NCBI GenBank assembly: GCA_905178155.1
Contig: CAJINV010000008.1
Coordinates: 4,404,577 to 4,454,533 of the forward strand
Reading direction: 5' to 3'
Source of the DNA: Amoebophrya sp. A120
Taxonomy: Eukaryota; Protista; Dinoflagellata
DNA: 49,957 bases
The translations under genes were made by a program, and so were the position numbers. The first letter of the stretch is position 1. Every line of letters starts with the position of its first letter. Shown in pieces: positions 37,001 through 48,035 of the stretch. The notes under the pieces are model-generated. The model was not told the DNA's origin and searched no databases. It saw nothing but the letters and a program-made list of their open reading frames with translations.

Positions 37001-39314
37001 TCGATACTACAATCTCCGAGGCGTCGACAGTTCCCAGGCTGTCAAGGAGTGCGTCGAGTTCCTTCGCGCCTTTCTTCGGCGGCCCCATCTCGGGCGGCTC
37101 TGCTTGAATCTCGACCGGATTCTGTCCGTACTCCACTTCGACCGACGGGGACGCATTGGCAGGCCCGCGATCGCAAAAACATTGGAAAAGGAAATAGTTC
37201 TTAGAGTCGAAGATCACCCTTGCAGTCGGGCAGGACGGGTGCTCGTCGTCGTACAGTCTGGCGCCGCGTGGGAGGTGCATGCTCCGCGAGAACCAGACCG
37301 ACTCTGCGTCCAGTTCCGCACGGGGTGGCAGGATTTTATACTCTCGCCATGTTTTGCTAATAGGGTGGGATAGGTCGTGGCCGAGCATCTGGCGGATCAG
37401 TCGGTAGGCCCGCTCAGGCGGCCCGGCCTTTTTGTTTCGGTTCGTGAACCCATATCGAAGCCACCGGTCACCACAGGGTGGGAGGATGTACTTCGGGCGG
37501 AGGGTCACGACAAGATTGTTGCCCCGGACGTCGTCCTTCCGGCGGCAGTGGATGTGGAAAGCCCATTCGGGAAGCCGGAGCGGGACGACCTTCTCCTTGC
37601 TGTCGTCGTCCGGATTCAGCAATTGTTCTTCATCCTCCGGGGGGAGAAGATGCTGGTCCGCGTCCGGGCTTGCCGCGGGGGCGTTGGCGTCCTCCATGAG
37701 AACATCTTCATCATCAAAAATATCATAAATGCGGTCTGTTTCATCGTCTTCGTTTCCCTCTTCGGTACCTGTTTCGCCGTGTTTGCAGACGTTCCGCCCG
37801 GTGGGGCTTGCAGTGACTTCGTCGGCCAGGGCGGCAGCAGCGATCGCAACTTCTTCCGCCGCTTCCTCTGGGGATGCGACAGGGGCGACGTGAGCTTCCT
37901 CGTCCTCTTCGCGGGTGGCTGCGGGTCGGGTCTGCTTCGGCTTCGGCGCTGTTGCCGGGGGCGAAGGGTCGGACTCCTCCGATTCGACGACCGGAAACCC
38001 GGACAGCAACTCCTTCCAGACATCCGCACGCCAGTTGATGGGCCACGTTACAGCCTCGAAGAGTCTATTTACTCCGACGCAGTCCACCACAATCCGCCCC
38101 AGTAGCGACTTTTTCCGTTTTGCCAAGAACATGCTGGATATCAGTGACGGGGCCCCGGTCTGGGCGGCTTTCTTGAACCAGGGCTCGATAAACCCCTCGG
38201 CAATAGCTTCCTCGATCAAAAACTTCATAATGTGATCCAGCACGCCGGGCAGGCTGAAACGCCGCGAGACACCAGCGGCGGCCCGCGGGTTGATCGGGTG
38301 GAAGGCCTTCGCGATTCGGACCGTCGGGAAAGGCTGGCCCGGGGCCCAGAGGGCCGCGCGGAGGACGCAGCAAATCTTAATGAAGCAGCAGCGGAGCTCG
38401 AGCGGCATCTCAACGGGGAGCGTATTCAGGAGTGTAGTGCAGATCAGTTGGTGGAAGTCGCGGTCGGACAGTTTTTCCTGGGCTGCCTCCTTCCGCTTGG
38501 TAATTTCTGCGTCGATCTGCTCTTGGGTCGCGTTTCCACTGATCGCGTTTCTGACCTTCGTATCGGGGCCCGGATCTGCGACCTGTTTCTCTTGGTTGGG
38601 TGCAGAACCGACCTGGTGGAGCCGACAGCGCGCATGTTTGATCTGTTCTCCCGAAACGACGTCGCGAAGGACCACGCGGGGCTTGACAGTTTTCTTATGT
38701 TTTTCCAGTAAGGTAACTTCAAACCGGACCCCTTCCTCGAGTTCCGCGGGCGTCGCAGTGATCGGGGCGCCGGGGATCGACACCATCGGCGCAAACGAAA
38801 CATCGACCGAAACTGCTTGCGGTACCGGGAACAGGGTGCTACAGTCGATCCGGACGACATGCTCCGACGGCACGAATGGCTCCAATACCGATGGGTCCAC
38901 GGTCCAATACTCGGCGTCGGCGGACGGATCCGCCGGTGGCAGGCTGGCTAGCAAAAGTATTTCTTCCAGGTCCGGGTCCTCCGGGATCGGGGCGCCGTCA
39001 AAACGCTGAAACAGGTCCTTGACTTTCTCTTTCCATTCTTCGTGGTTCGCCTCGACGCCATCGGGCTTTGCTTCAGTGCCGGATCGGGATCCAATGTCTT
39101 CGAGGTTGCTGGACGACCCAACGCGGTGCACCCGGTAACAGAGGCGGCCGGAGAGTGCGGAATGAATTTCCGAAGCCATCGACGATAGGGAGCGCTCCGT
39201 CCTGACATCCTGGGAAGACGTGATCAGCTCCCGGATACCGGTGGAGCTGCAATCGAAGAAAAGGATAAAGGGCACCGAAAGCGGAATCTTTGGTAAGATT
39301 TCCCGGACAAAGTG
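34029..39314 (-). CDS. 5'-truncated duplicate of the retroelement polyprotein (end of RNase H, RT fingers, integrase, AP endonuclease)
   Basis: Same translation as the last ~1750 aa of 42750..49607. Cut at the N. Confidence 0.7.
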   Translation of the reverse strand, partial: HFVREILPKIPLSVPFILFFDCSSTGIRELITSSQDVRTERSLSSMASEIHSALSGRLCYRVHRVGSSSNLEDIGSRSGTEAKPDGVEANHEEWKEKVKDLFQRFDGAPIPEDPDLEEILLLASLPPADPSADAEYWTVDPSVLEPFVPSEHVVRIDCSTLFPVPQAVSVDVSFAPMVSIPGAPITATPAELEEGVRFEVTLLEKHKKTVKPRVVLRDVVSGEQIKHARCRLHQVGSAPNQEKQVADPGPDTKVRNAISGNATQEQIDAEITKRKEAAQEKLSDRDFHQLICTTLLNTLPVEMPLELRCCFIKICCVLRAALWAPGQPFPTVRIAKAFHPINPRAAAGVSRRFSLPGVLDHIMKFLIEEAIAEGFIEPWFKKAAQTGAPSLISSMFLAKRKKSLLGRIVVDCVGVNRLFEAVTWPINWRADVWKELLSGFPVVESEESDPSPPATAPKPKQTRPAATREEDEEAHVAPVASPEEAAEEVAIAAAALADEVTASPTGRNVCKHGETGTEEGNEDDETDRIYDIFDDEDVLMEDANAPAASPDADQHLLPPEDEEQLLNPDDDSKEKVVPLRLPEWAFHIHCRRKDDVRGNNLVVTLRPKYILPPCGDRWLRYGFTNRNKKAGPPERAYRLIRQMLGHDLSHPISKTWREYKILPPRAELDAESVWFSRSMHLPRGARLYDDEHPSCPTARVIFDSKNYFLFQCFCDRGPANASPSVEVEYGQNPVEIQAEPPEMGPPKKGAKELDALLDSLGTVDASEIVVSTPGDELPDEDAQADSILWKTATELERVIFPASSTEWLWSTIHILVGEGQDETYTAENATRFVEIRVARDDEGNIMEGKIRRWGGALMFLVVGDSFLEKRRPNTIYLLFARKLIAHLHLEPNFKKVLTETQKRQFVLEFAAFEAVARSEEEEEQIAHLLAVAKQHGLRPKRNKAMAMLERLPSYRLCGDVLQFRVPLHGWKILLPTLVEPEEFVFEGQTYDHTSIAVAVISAIHAVSHGRKGILYHLTLRKGFFVEGGLLDLCAKIVSLCIYCSLSPYAQQGPSSVRLQPRLELFRHRGQVLFIDYICGLASGDEFSSIFTATDGRSELTWAEPTTDATAATAADCVFRLMLATFTLYSYIRCDNGSHFGRLFLDTLNALIQKIDPLHEVKTWKSPHYLASGNWMVEHPHHLLNFLIRLLHALAPPSFRLERRNTMDGEFLFVVLDDPDMKLVAEKKKINVKRGPKGKKQAAEEAEAQEEDAMAFLPSNWSDHVRRAGYLLGIQPRGSYAGASLVERHWGAAAPIAANEAVFSTTVEGDLLDEVSLAIKKRRETDFEAVASRIFNHGRSVKREAQKTVNKDLIAGDMVIRLKPDRSKYEMKFLPRIFVVQHRNANSVVLGCLLGRRIRFGQPQAITMVRALPLTEPAILAYLTAALTPGEVSKRVKELVKLGTLDREWPARPPLLRRQPEILPPGEIVIVSYNLDGLFASIESGPRLLDLEEILKTKPHLIFLQETKVSPSLETKARDALNALDSDYTIYLRPSVSKIGYSSTAALARRDLPHEYFGATRFESEVQHEGRFQEIVVGGEHTFGNVYSVNAMEELRRIKQAQAWDLNLRQWLAGPGKRILVGDFNRVIDRSIYGLHGRHNRETPSTSRQETASIQKLLGTENKALQVTHGKRSWTFCTYDKTGFAVDYIVLNKEAQDANRGPLKNKPTTEKRPDQLQPATKEFFCCPPSMTLEIKGTRRGIDHQILISHIRVGEDEETEVTA

Positions 39315-39315
39315 N

Positions 39316-42300
39316 AGAGGCCTCCTTGGGGGGCCTAGTTAGCTCGGGATTGCATGAAATCCAGGGGGGGTGATCCGGAGGCCATCCGGGCCGCCATTGT
39401 GGCCCACCAAGGGCTGCCCCAAAGGCCTCCGAAAGCGGCCCCAATTCAGTTGGAGGGGCGTGGGGCCGCGCAGCTGGCTAAAAAATGGCTAATTTTTTTC
39501 TGATTTTTGAAAACTCCGCGCGGCGAGGTAGCCGGTCGGGCCTCTCGTTTGCCGGTTGCCCGGCCTCCGCCCATTCCGGAGCCCGCGGCCATTGCCCTTG
39601 GCCCCGGGCTTCATCGTGTCAGCTTCGGCCCCCCCTTGCATGGATGGGCCGCGCCCTTTTTTGTTGCTCTGGTTTGCCGGGTATGGTTGGGCATTTGGGC
39701 CGCCCCGCGTAGTTCGGTGATTCAGGGCATCGGCCGTCTGGTTTTTGCATATTTCCGCGCTTTCTGTGGTTTTGCATGGTTTCGGGCCTTATGATATTCG
39801 ACAGCGGGATAGGGACGAAAATTGTAGTCGTGGCAGCCGCCATGAGCAGCAGTTTTCGTCTCTTTTGTTCTGTCTGATGTAAGCTCCTATCTGTATTGCT
39901 TTCTATCTCGGCCTTCGGTGTTTGTTGCTCTGTTGTGTTTCATTTGCCCTACGGAAGAGGATCCACGTTCGTGCACATGTCGCCTGCTATCTTCAGTTTT
40001 GGAAATGGACAGGTTCCGGACCTGTCCGTTTCCAAAACTGCGGCACTCGACCACTTTTCGCCTCATGGATATCTTCTAAATCTTCTTCTAAATCTGCTTA
40101 CAAGGGATTTCCTTAGGGAAATCAGTGTACTGCAGATTTAGAAGAAGGTGAAGAAGGTGTCCATCAGGCGAACATGTTGGTCGAATCAGAAAAAAGATAG
40201 TAGGCGATTTAGAAGGTGGATTTAGAAGGCAAAATAGAAGGCGAATTCAGAAGGAAAAATAGAAGGAAATTTAGAAACAAAAATAGAAGGGGAAAAATAG
40301 AAGGAAATTTAGAAACAAAAATAGAAGGCCCTTCCATTTTTGTTTCTCGATCATGGCCCCAGGTGGTTGTTGGGTTGGGTTTTGTCTTCGGGGATTCCTA
40401 TATGGATTTCGTCTGGAATTCCTTCTGGGGATCTGTCTATTTGGTTTGGGGTGTTTCTGACCGGGGCGTTGAGGCTCGTTCGAGAGAGTCGACTCGTGTC
40501 GAGGACACGACCGGCAATAACATGTTTTTCCCGATGCCGCTCTTCGAGTTCGCTCATACATTTTGCATTCTAGTGACACTTCATCCAGAATAAAATCGAA
40601 TGGATCTATCCTGGAGGTGCAAAAAAACTATTCGAAAACTATGAAGATTCTCTATCGATTTCGATAACGGATTCGCAATCTAATCACCTATTCTCGCATT
40701 ACAGATTCAAAATAAATCAGAAATAAAAATCGAAACCAAAAGCAGGAGGAGTCGATAATTAACTTCTGAAAATGACTTCTGGAAACAGGTGCGGATTGTC
40801 GATTTGATTCGTGGTTTCTCGTCCTGGGGGCTCGCGATCACAGGACTTCTGGTGAAAATCCTGGGAAATCGAGCTTTCCCCGACCTAACAGGACACTTCG
40901 ATAGATGAAAATCTATCTGATTCTATTCGAAAACCAATAAGAAATCAATCCGAATCACGATACTACTTTAGAATCAATAGGGTAAATCGATTCGACCGAT
41001 AAATTCGTATTTTTAGTCGCGATTCAGATATTCTAAAATCTATAAAGTCGATCCTATTTCTCTCCTCTATCCTGATTCCCGGTCAGAATCTCGATTCGAT
41101 CGGGATTCGATAAAAAAAATAAATGAAATTATCTAAAACCCACTTCTGATTCTCGATCAGATTCCGCCTCGACTCGATGGAAAGTGAAAAGATAAACCCT
41201 AATTATGATTCCGAATCTTCGAAGATGGTGTTCAGCGCGCGCCAATCACCATCAATTTACTTGATTCCGATACCCGATTTCCTCGATGGATTTCGATAAA
41301 GGAATAAATATATCTAGGATGATTCGACTCGGATTCCCATTGGGATTCTCGAGAATCAAAATAAGAATGAATCTAATCGATTCCGATTCTCGATGGGGTT
41401 CACGAGAAACAAATAAAAGAATAAACTCTACCTATCTCGATTCTGATTCGAATTCCGGATGGGATTTCGATAAAAGGAAACAAATGGGCTCTGATTCCGA
41501 GTCGATTCCCGATGGGATCCGATTCGGGATAGAAAAATAGAAATCAATTCCCGATGGGATTCACAATAAACAAAGAAAGGAATAAATCTAATCTATTTCG
41601 ATTCTGATCCGAATTCCGATGGGATTCGATCAAGAATAAATAAAATCTATCAGAATACCTCCTAGATAGGGCGAAAACCTAAAATATCATTACTCGAAAT
41701 ATTGCATGACAGATTCGATATTTTTTTTTCTATGCCTGAGATCCGACCGAGATTACGATTACGAATAGAAAAAGGAAAATGAACACAACTAAAAAGTCCG
41801 ATAGTTAGGGTGTGCAATCGCTTCTCAATTCGATTCGATGTTTTTTCTTCAACAATCCCTCCCGGGATGCGAAATAAATTCTTGAGTTCAGGCGCCTGTC
41901 AAAATGGAAAAGTGTTCATCTTCGTCGTGATTGATCCATTGATTTTTTTCATTAGAAATCAATCCGAATTCGTTCGATTTTCGTTGTTCTTTTCTCGTTC
42001 GATTTCAGAAGTGAAGTCAGGTATTTTGTCCGATTTCCATGGTGTTTCGATCTAAAATTTTCATCTAGAAAGTGTGTGAAAATTTTAATCATTTTTGGAA
42101 AAGATTTCTTGTTTCATTTTCGAGCGATCCTCCATTGTCGATTTGATTGATCCCCAAAGCAGAACCTACCGGATCGATTTCGTTTGAATCGCGATCCGGC
42201 TTTTGATGTGTGTATCAAGGCCTCTCTTCTGCTTGGGGAGTCTATCAATGTCGACATCTGGTGGGCTCGATTTTAGGTATAGAAGGATAAAATTTCTAAA

Positions 42301-45300
42301 ATTATACATGTGGTTTTTGCTTTTCTTCATCATCCTATGAAAATATAAAGAAAAGTAGTTACCTCTATGCAGGTTCTGGTGAGTTCTGGTCTTTTCGAAA
42401 AAAATGATCTTGAAGGAAATCGCATGGCAATCTTGAAAAGAAAAAAAATCACAAATCATACATCTAAATCTTACAAGTGATCAAAATACGCATGCTCTTC
42501 TCCTTCTAGTCTGTTCGTTTCTTCTGTTTCCCCGATGACAGTGCCGATCCGATCGCGACGAATGCCTCCGAGCTATCGGATCCGGATTGCCGTCGGTTTT
42601 GGGTTCTTTTTCAGTAGTGAAAGTCTTTGAAAGTAGTCTAGTTTCCATATGGTTTTTCGCCTCTCTTTTGCATTCATTCCGGGGCGAAAATTAGTCATAG
42701 TATAGGCTAGATCTAGGGCATTCTAATCGTAATTGCGGTGCTAGTAGGCCTACGCAGTCACTTCAGTTTCCTCATCTTCCCCCACCCGAATGTGGCTAAT
42801 CAGGATCTGGTGGTCGATTCCCCGTCGGGTTCCTTTGATTTCCAGCGTCATGGAGGGCGGGCAGCAGAAGAACTCCTTCGTGGCCGGTTGCAGTTGGTCC
42901 GGGCGCTTTTCGGTGGTTGGTTTGTTCTTCAGTGGTCCCCGATTGGCATCCTGGGCCTCTTTGTTCAGGACGATGTAATCAACAGCAAAACCGGTCTTGT
43001 CATAGGTGCAGAAAGTCCAGCTTCGTTTCCCGTGCGTCACCTGAAGTGCCTTATTCTCGGTCCCCAGCAGTTTCTGGATACTGGCGGTTTCCTGGCGGGA
43101 TGTAGATGGGGTTTCGCGGTTGTGCCGACCGTGCAGGCCGTAGATCGATCGGTCGATCACTCTGTTGAAGTCGCCGACGAGGATCCGCTTTCCCGGGCCG
43201 GCGAGCCACTGGCGCAGGTTCAGGTCCCAGGCCTGGGCCTGCTTGATGCGGCGCAGCTCCTCCATCGCGTTCACGCTGTACACATTCCCGAAGGTGTGCT
43301 CGCCCCCGACAACAATTTCCTGGAAGCGACCCTCATGTTGCACTTCGGACTCGAATCGGGTCGCGCCAAAGTATTCGTGTGGGAGGTCTCTGCGGGCGAG
43401 GGCAGCAGTGGACGAATAGCCGATCTTGGACACGCTCGGGCGCAGGTAGATCGTGTAATCGGAATCCAGTGCATTGAGCGCGTCGCGGGCTTTCGTTTCC
43501 AGCGATGGGGAGACTTTGGTCTCTTGCAAAAAAATCAGGTGGGGCTTCGTCTTCAGAATTTCTTCCAGGTCAAGCAGCCTCGGGCCGCTTTCGATCGAAG
43601 CAAACAGTCCATCGAGATTGTAGGAGACGATCACGATTTCCCCCGGCGGGAGGATTTCCGGCTGGCGACGCAACAGGGGCGGGCGGGCGGGCCACTCGCG
43701 GTCGAGCGTTCCCAGCTTCACGAGTTCCTTTACGCGCTTCGAAACTTCGCCGGGAGTCAGGGCGGCAGTCAGGTATGCCAGGATCGCAGGCTCCGTAAGC
43801 GGGAGGGCACGAACCATCGTGATCGCCTGAGGTTGCCCGAAGCGGATTCTGCGGCCGAGCAGGCAGCCAAGCACGACCGAGTTGGCATTCCGATGCTGGA
43901 CGACGAAAATCCGGGGCAGAAACTTCATTTCGTATTTGGACCGATCGGGTTTCAAGCGGATCACCATGTCGCCGGCAATTAGGTCCTTGTTGACGGTTTT
44001 CTGGGCTTCGCGTTTCACGCTCCGGCCGTGGTTGAAGATGCGGCTCGCAACAGCTTCGAAGTCGGTTTCTCGGCGTTTCTTGATCGCGAGCGAAACCTCA
44101 TCGAGCAGATCCCCCTCGACAGTTGTGGAGAAAACAGCTTCGTTGGCGGCGATCGGCGCTGCAGCACCCCAGTGCCGTTCGACCAGAGATGCACCGGCAT
44201 AGCTGCCCCGCGGTTGGATTCCGAGGAGGTAGCCAGCACGGCGGACATGGTCGGACCAGTTGGAAGGCAGGAACGCCATCGCATCTTCTTCCTGTGCTTC
44301 GGCTTCTTCGGCTGCTTGTTTCTTCCCTTTCGGGCCGCGCTTCACGTTGATCTTTTTCTTCTCGGCCACCAGTTTCATATCCGGGTCGTCGAGGACAACA
44401 AACAAAAACTCGCCGTCCATCGTGTTTCGTCGCTCCAGTCGGAAACTCGGTGGGGCCAGGGCGTGTAGCAGGCGGATCAGGAAGTTGAGAAGGTGGTGAG
44501 GGTGTTCGACCATCCAGTTTCCGGACGCGAGGTAGTGCGGGCTCTTCCAGGTCTTGACCTCGTGCAGGGGGTCGATTTTCTGGATGAGCGCGTTGAGGGT
44601 GTCCAGAAATAGACGCCCGAAATGCGACCCGTTGTCGCATCGGATGTAGGAATACAGTGTGAAAGTTGCCAACATCAAGCGGAAGACGCAGTCGGCGGCC
44701 GTGGCTGCCGTCGCGTCCGTCGTCGGCTCCGCCCATGTCAGCTCGCTCCGTCCGTCGGTGGCCGTGAAGATGCTGCTGAACTCGTCACCGGAAGCAAGGC
44801 CACAGATGTAATCGATAAACAGCACCTGTCCCCGGTGCCTGAACAGCTCCAACCGTGGTTGCAGTCGCACTGAGCTCGGGCCTTGCTGTGCGTAGGGGCT
44901 GAGGCTGCAGTAGATGCATAAGGATACGATCTTGGCACAGAGGTCCAGCAATCCGCCCTCGACAAAGAAGCCTTTTCGCAGTGTTAGGTGGTAGAGGATG
45001 CCTTTCCGTCCGTGCGAAACCGCATGGATCGCACTGATCACAGCAACGGCGATGCTGGTATGGTCATAGGTCTGACCCTCGAACACAAATTCTTCAGGTT
45101 CCACAAGAGTGGGGAGCAGGATCTTCCAGCCGTGGAGCGGGACTCGGAACTGCAGGACGTCGCCGCAGAGTCGGTAGGACGGGAGTCGCTCCAGCATCGC
45201 CATCGCCTTATTCCGTTTCGGGCGGAGGCCATGCTGCTTCGCAACCGCGAGCAGATGGGCGATCTGTTCCTCTTCTTCCTCGGATCGGGCGACAGCCTCG

Positions 45301-48035
45301 AAGGCAGCAAACTCCAGGACGAACTGGCGCTTCTGGGTCTCCGTTAGAACTTTCTTGAAATTGGGCTCCAGGTGCAGGTGGGCGATCAGCTTCCGCGCGA
45401 ACAAGAGGTAGATCGTGTTCGGCCTCCGTTTCTCGAGAAAACTGTCCCCGACCACCAGAAACATCAGAGCACCGCCCCACCGGCGGATCTTTCCTTCCAT
45501 GATGTTTCCTTCATCGTCTCGCGCGACCCGGATCTCGACGAACCGCGTCGCATTCTCGGCGGTATAGGTTTCGTCTTGCCCTTCGCCGACGAGAATGTGG
45601 ATGGTGGACCAGAGCCACTCGGTCGAACTCGCGGGGAAGATAACTCTTTCGAGTTCCGTCGCGGTTTTCCAAAGGATGGAGTCCGCCTGGGCATCTTCGT
45701 CAGGCAGTTCGTCCCCGGGCGTCGATACTACAATCTCCGAGGCGTCGACAGTTCCCAGGCTGTCAAGGAGTGCGTCGAGTTCCTTCGCGCCTTTCTTCGG
45801 CGGCCCCATCTCGGGCGGCTCTGCTTGAATCTCGACCGGATTCTGTCCGTACTCCACTTCGACCGACGGGGACGCATTGGCAGGCCCGCGATCGCAAAAA
45901 CATTGGAAAAGGAAATAGTTCTTAGAGTCGAAGATCACCCTTGCAGTCGGGCAGGACGGGTGCTCGTCGTCGTACAGTCTGGCGCCGCGTGGGAGGTGCA
46001 TGCTCCGCGAGAACCAGACCGACTCTGCGTCCAGTTCCGCACGGGGTGGCAGGATTTTATACTCTCGCCATGTTTTGCTAATAGGGTGGGATAGGTCGTG
46101 GCCGAGCATCTGGCGGATCAGTCGGTAGGCCCGCTCAGGCGGCCCGGCCTTTTTGTTTCGGTTCGTGAACCCATATCGAAGCCACCGGTCACCACAGGGT
46201 GGGAGGATGTACTTCGGGCGGAGGGTCACGACAAGATTGTTGCCCCGGACGTCGTCCTTCCGGCGGCAGTGGATGTGGAAAGCCCATTCGGGAAGCCGGA
46301 GCGGGACGACCTTCTCCTTGCTGTCGTCGTCCGGATTCAGCAATTGTTCTTCATCCTCCGGGGGGAGAAGATGCTGGTCCGCGTCCGGGCTTGCCGCGGG
46401 GGCGTTGGCGTCCTCCATGAGAACATCTTCATCATCAAAAATATCATAAATGCGGTCTGTTTCATCGTCTTCGTTTCCCTCTTCGGTACCTGTTTCGCCG
46501 TGTTTGCAGACGTTCCGCCCGGTGGGGCTTGCAGTGACTTCGTCGGCCAGGGCGGCAGCAGCGATCGCAACTTCTTCCGCCGCTTCCTCTGGGGATGCGA
46601 CAGGGGCGACGTGAGCTTCCTCGTCCTCTTCGCGGGTGGCTGCGGGTCGGGTCTGCTTCGGCTTCGGCGCTGTTGCCGGGGGCGAAGGGTCGGACTCCTC
46701 CGATTCGACGACCGGAAACCCGGACAGCAACTCCTTCCAGACATCCGCACGCCAGTTGATGGGCCACGTTACAGCCTCGAAGAGTCTATTTACTCCGACG
46801 CAGTCCACCACAATCCGCCCCAGTAGCGACTTTTTCCGTTTTGCCAAGAACATGCTGGATATCAGTGACGGGGCCCCGGTCTGGGCGGCTTTCTTGAACC
46901 AGGGCTCGATAAACCCCTCGGCAATAGCTTCCTCGATCAAAAACTTCATAATGTGATCCAGCACGCCGGGCAGGCTGAAACGCCGCGAGACACCAGCGGC
47001 GGCCCGCGGGTTGATCGGGTGGAAGGCCTTCGCGATTCGGACCGTCGGGAAAGGCTGGCCCGGGGCCCAGAGGGCCGCGCGGAGGACGCAGCAAATCTTA
47101 ATGAAGCAGCAGCGGAGCTCGAGCGGCATCTCAACGGGGAGCGTATTCAGGAGTGTAGTGCAGATCAGTTGGTGGAAGTCGCGGTCGGACAGTTTTTCCT
47201 GGGCTGCCTCCTTCCGCTTGGTAATTTCTGCGTCGATCTGCTCTTGGGTCGCGTTTCCACTGATCGCGTTTCTGACCTTCGTATCGGGGCCCGGATCTGC
47301 GACCTGTTTCTCTTGGTTGGGTGCAGAACCGACCTGGTGGAGCCGACAGCGCGCATGTTTGATCTGTTCTCCCGAAACGACGTCGCGAAGGACCACGCGG
47401 GGCTTGACAGTTTTCTTATGTTTTTCCAGTAAGGTAACTTCAAACCGGACCCCTTCCTCGAGTTCCGCGGGCGTCGCAGTGATCGGGGCGCCGGGGATCG
47501 ACACCATCGGCGCAAACGAAACATCGACCGAAACTGCTTGCGGTACCGGGAACAGGGTGCTACAGTCGATCCGGACGACATGCTCCGACGGCACGAATGG
47601 CTCCAATACCGATGGGTCCACGGTCCAATACTCGGCGTCGGCGGACGGATCCGCCGGTGGCAGGCTGGCTAGCAAAAGTATTTCTTCCAGGTCCGGGTCC
47701 TCCGGGATCGGGGCGCCGTCAAAACGCTGAAACAGGTCCTTGACTTTCTCTTTCCATTCTTCGTGGTTCGCCTCGACGCCATCGGGCTTTGCTTCAGTGC
47801 CGGATCGGGATCCAATGTCTTCGAGGTTGCTGGACGACCCAACGCGGTGCACCCGGTAACAGAGGCGGCCGGAGAGTGCGGAATGAATTTCCGAAGCCAT
47901 CGACGATAGGGAGCGCTCCGTCCTGACATCCTGGGAAGACGTGATCAGCTCCCGGATACCGGTGGAGCTGCAATCGAAGAAAAGGATAAAGGGCACCGAA
48001 AGCGGAATCTTTGGTAAGATTTCCCGGACGAAGTG
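39316..48035. repeat. Second copy of the 8720-bp block
   Basis: Matches 30595-39314. Confidence 0.95.

Larger units (their letters stand above)
30595..39314. repeat. 8720-bp block duplicated at 39316-48035 across a single N (probable assembly overlap)
   Basis: Offset 8721, and the ORF tracks are identical. The only difference I noticed is 39309 a vs 48030 g, next to the N. Confidence 0.95.

Noticed and set aside
47520-47600. Aspartic protease site (VVRIDCST)
   Set aside because: Lacks the D-[ST]-G signature and the downstream ILG motif.
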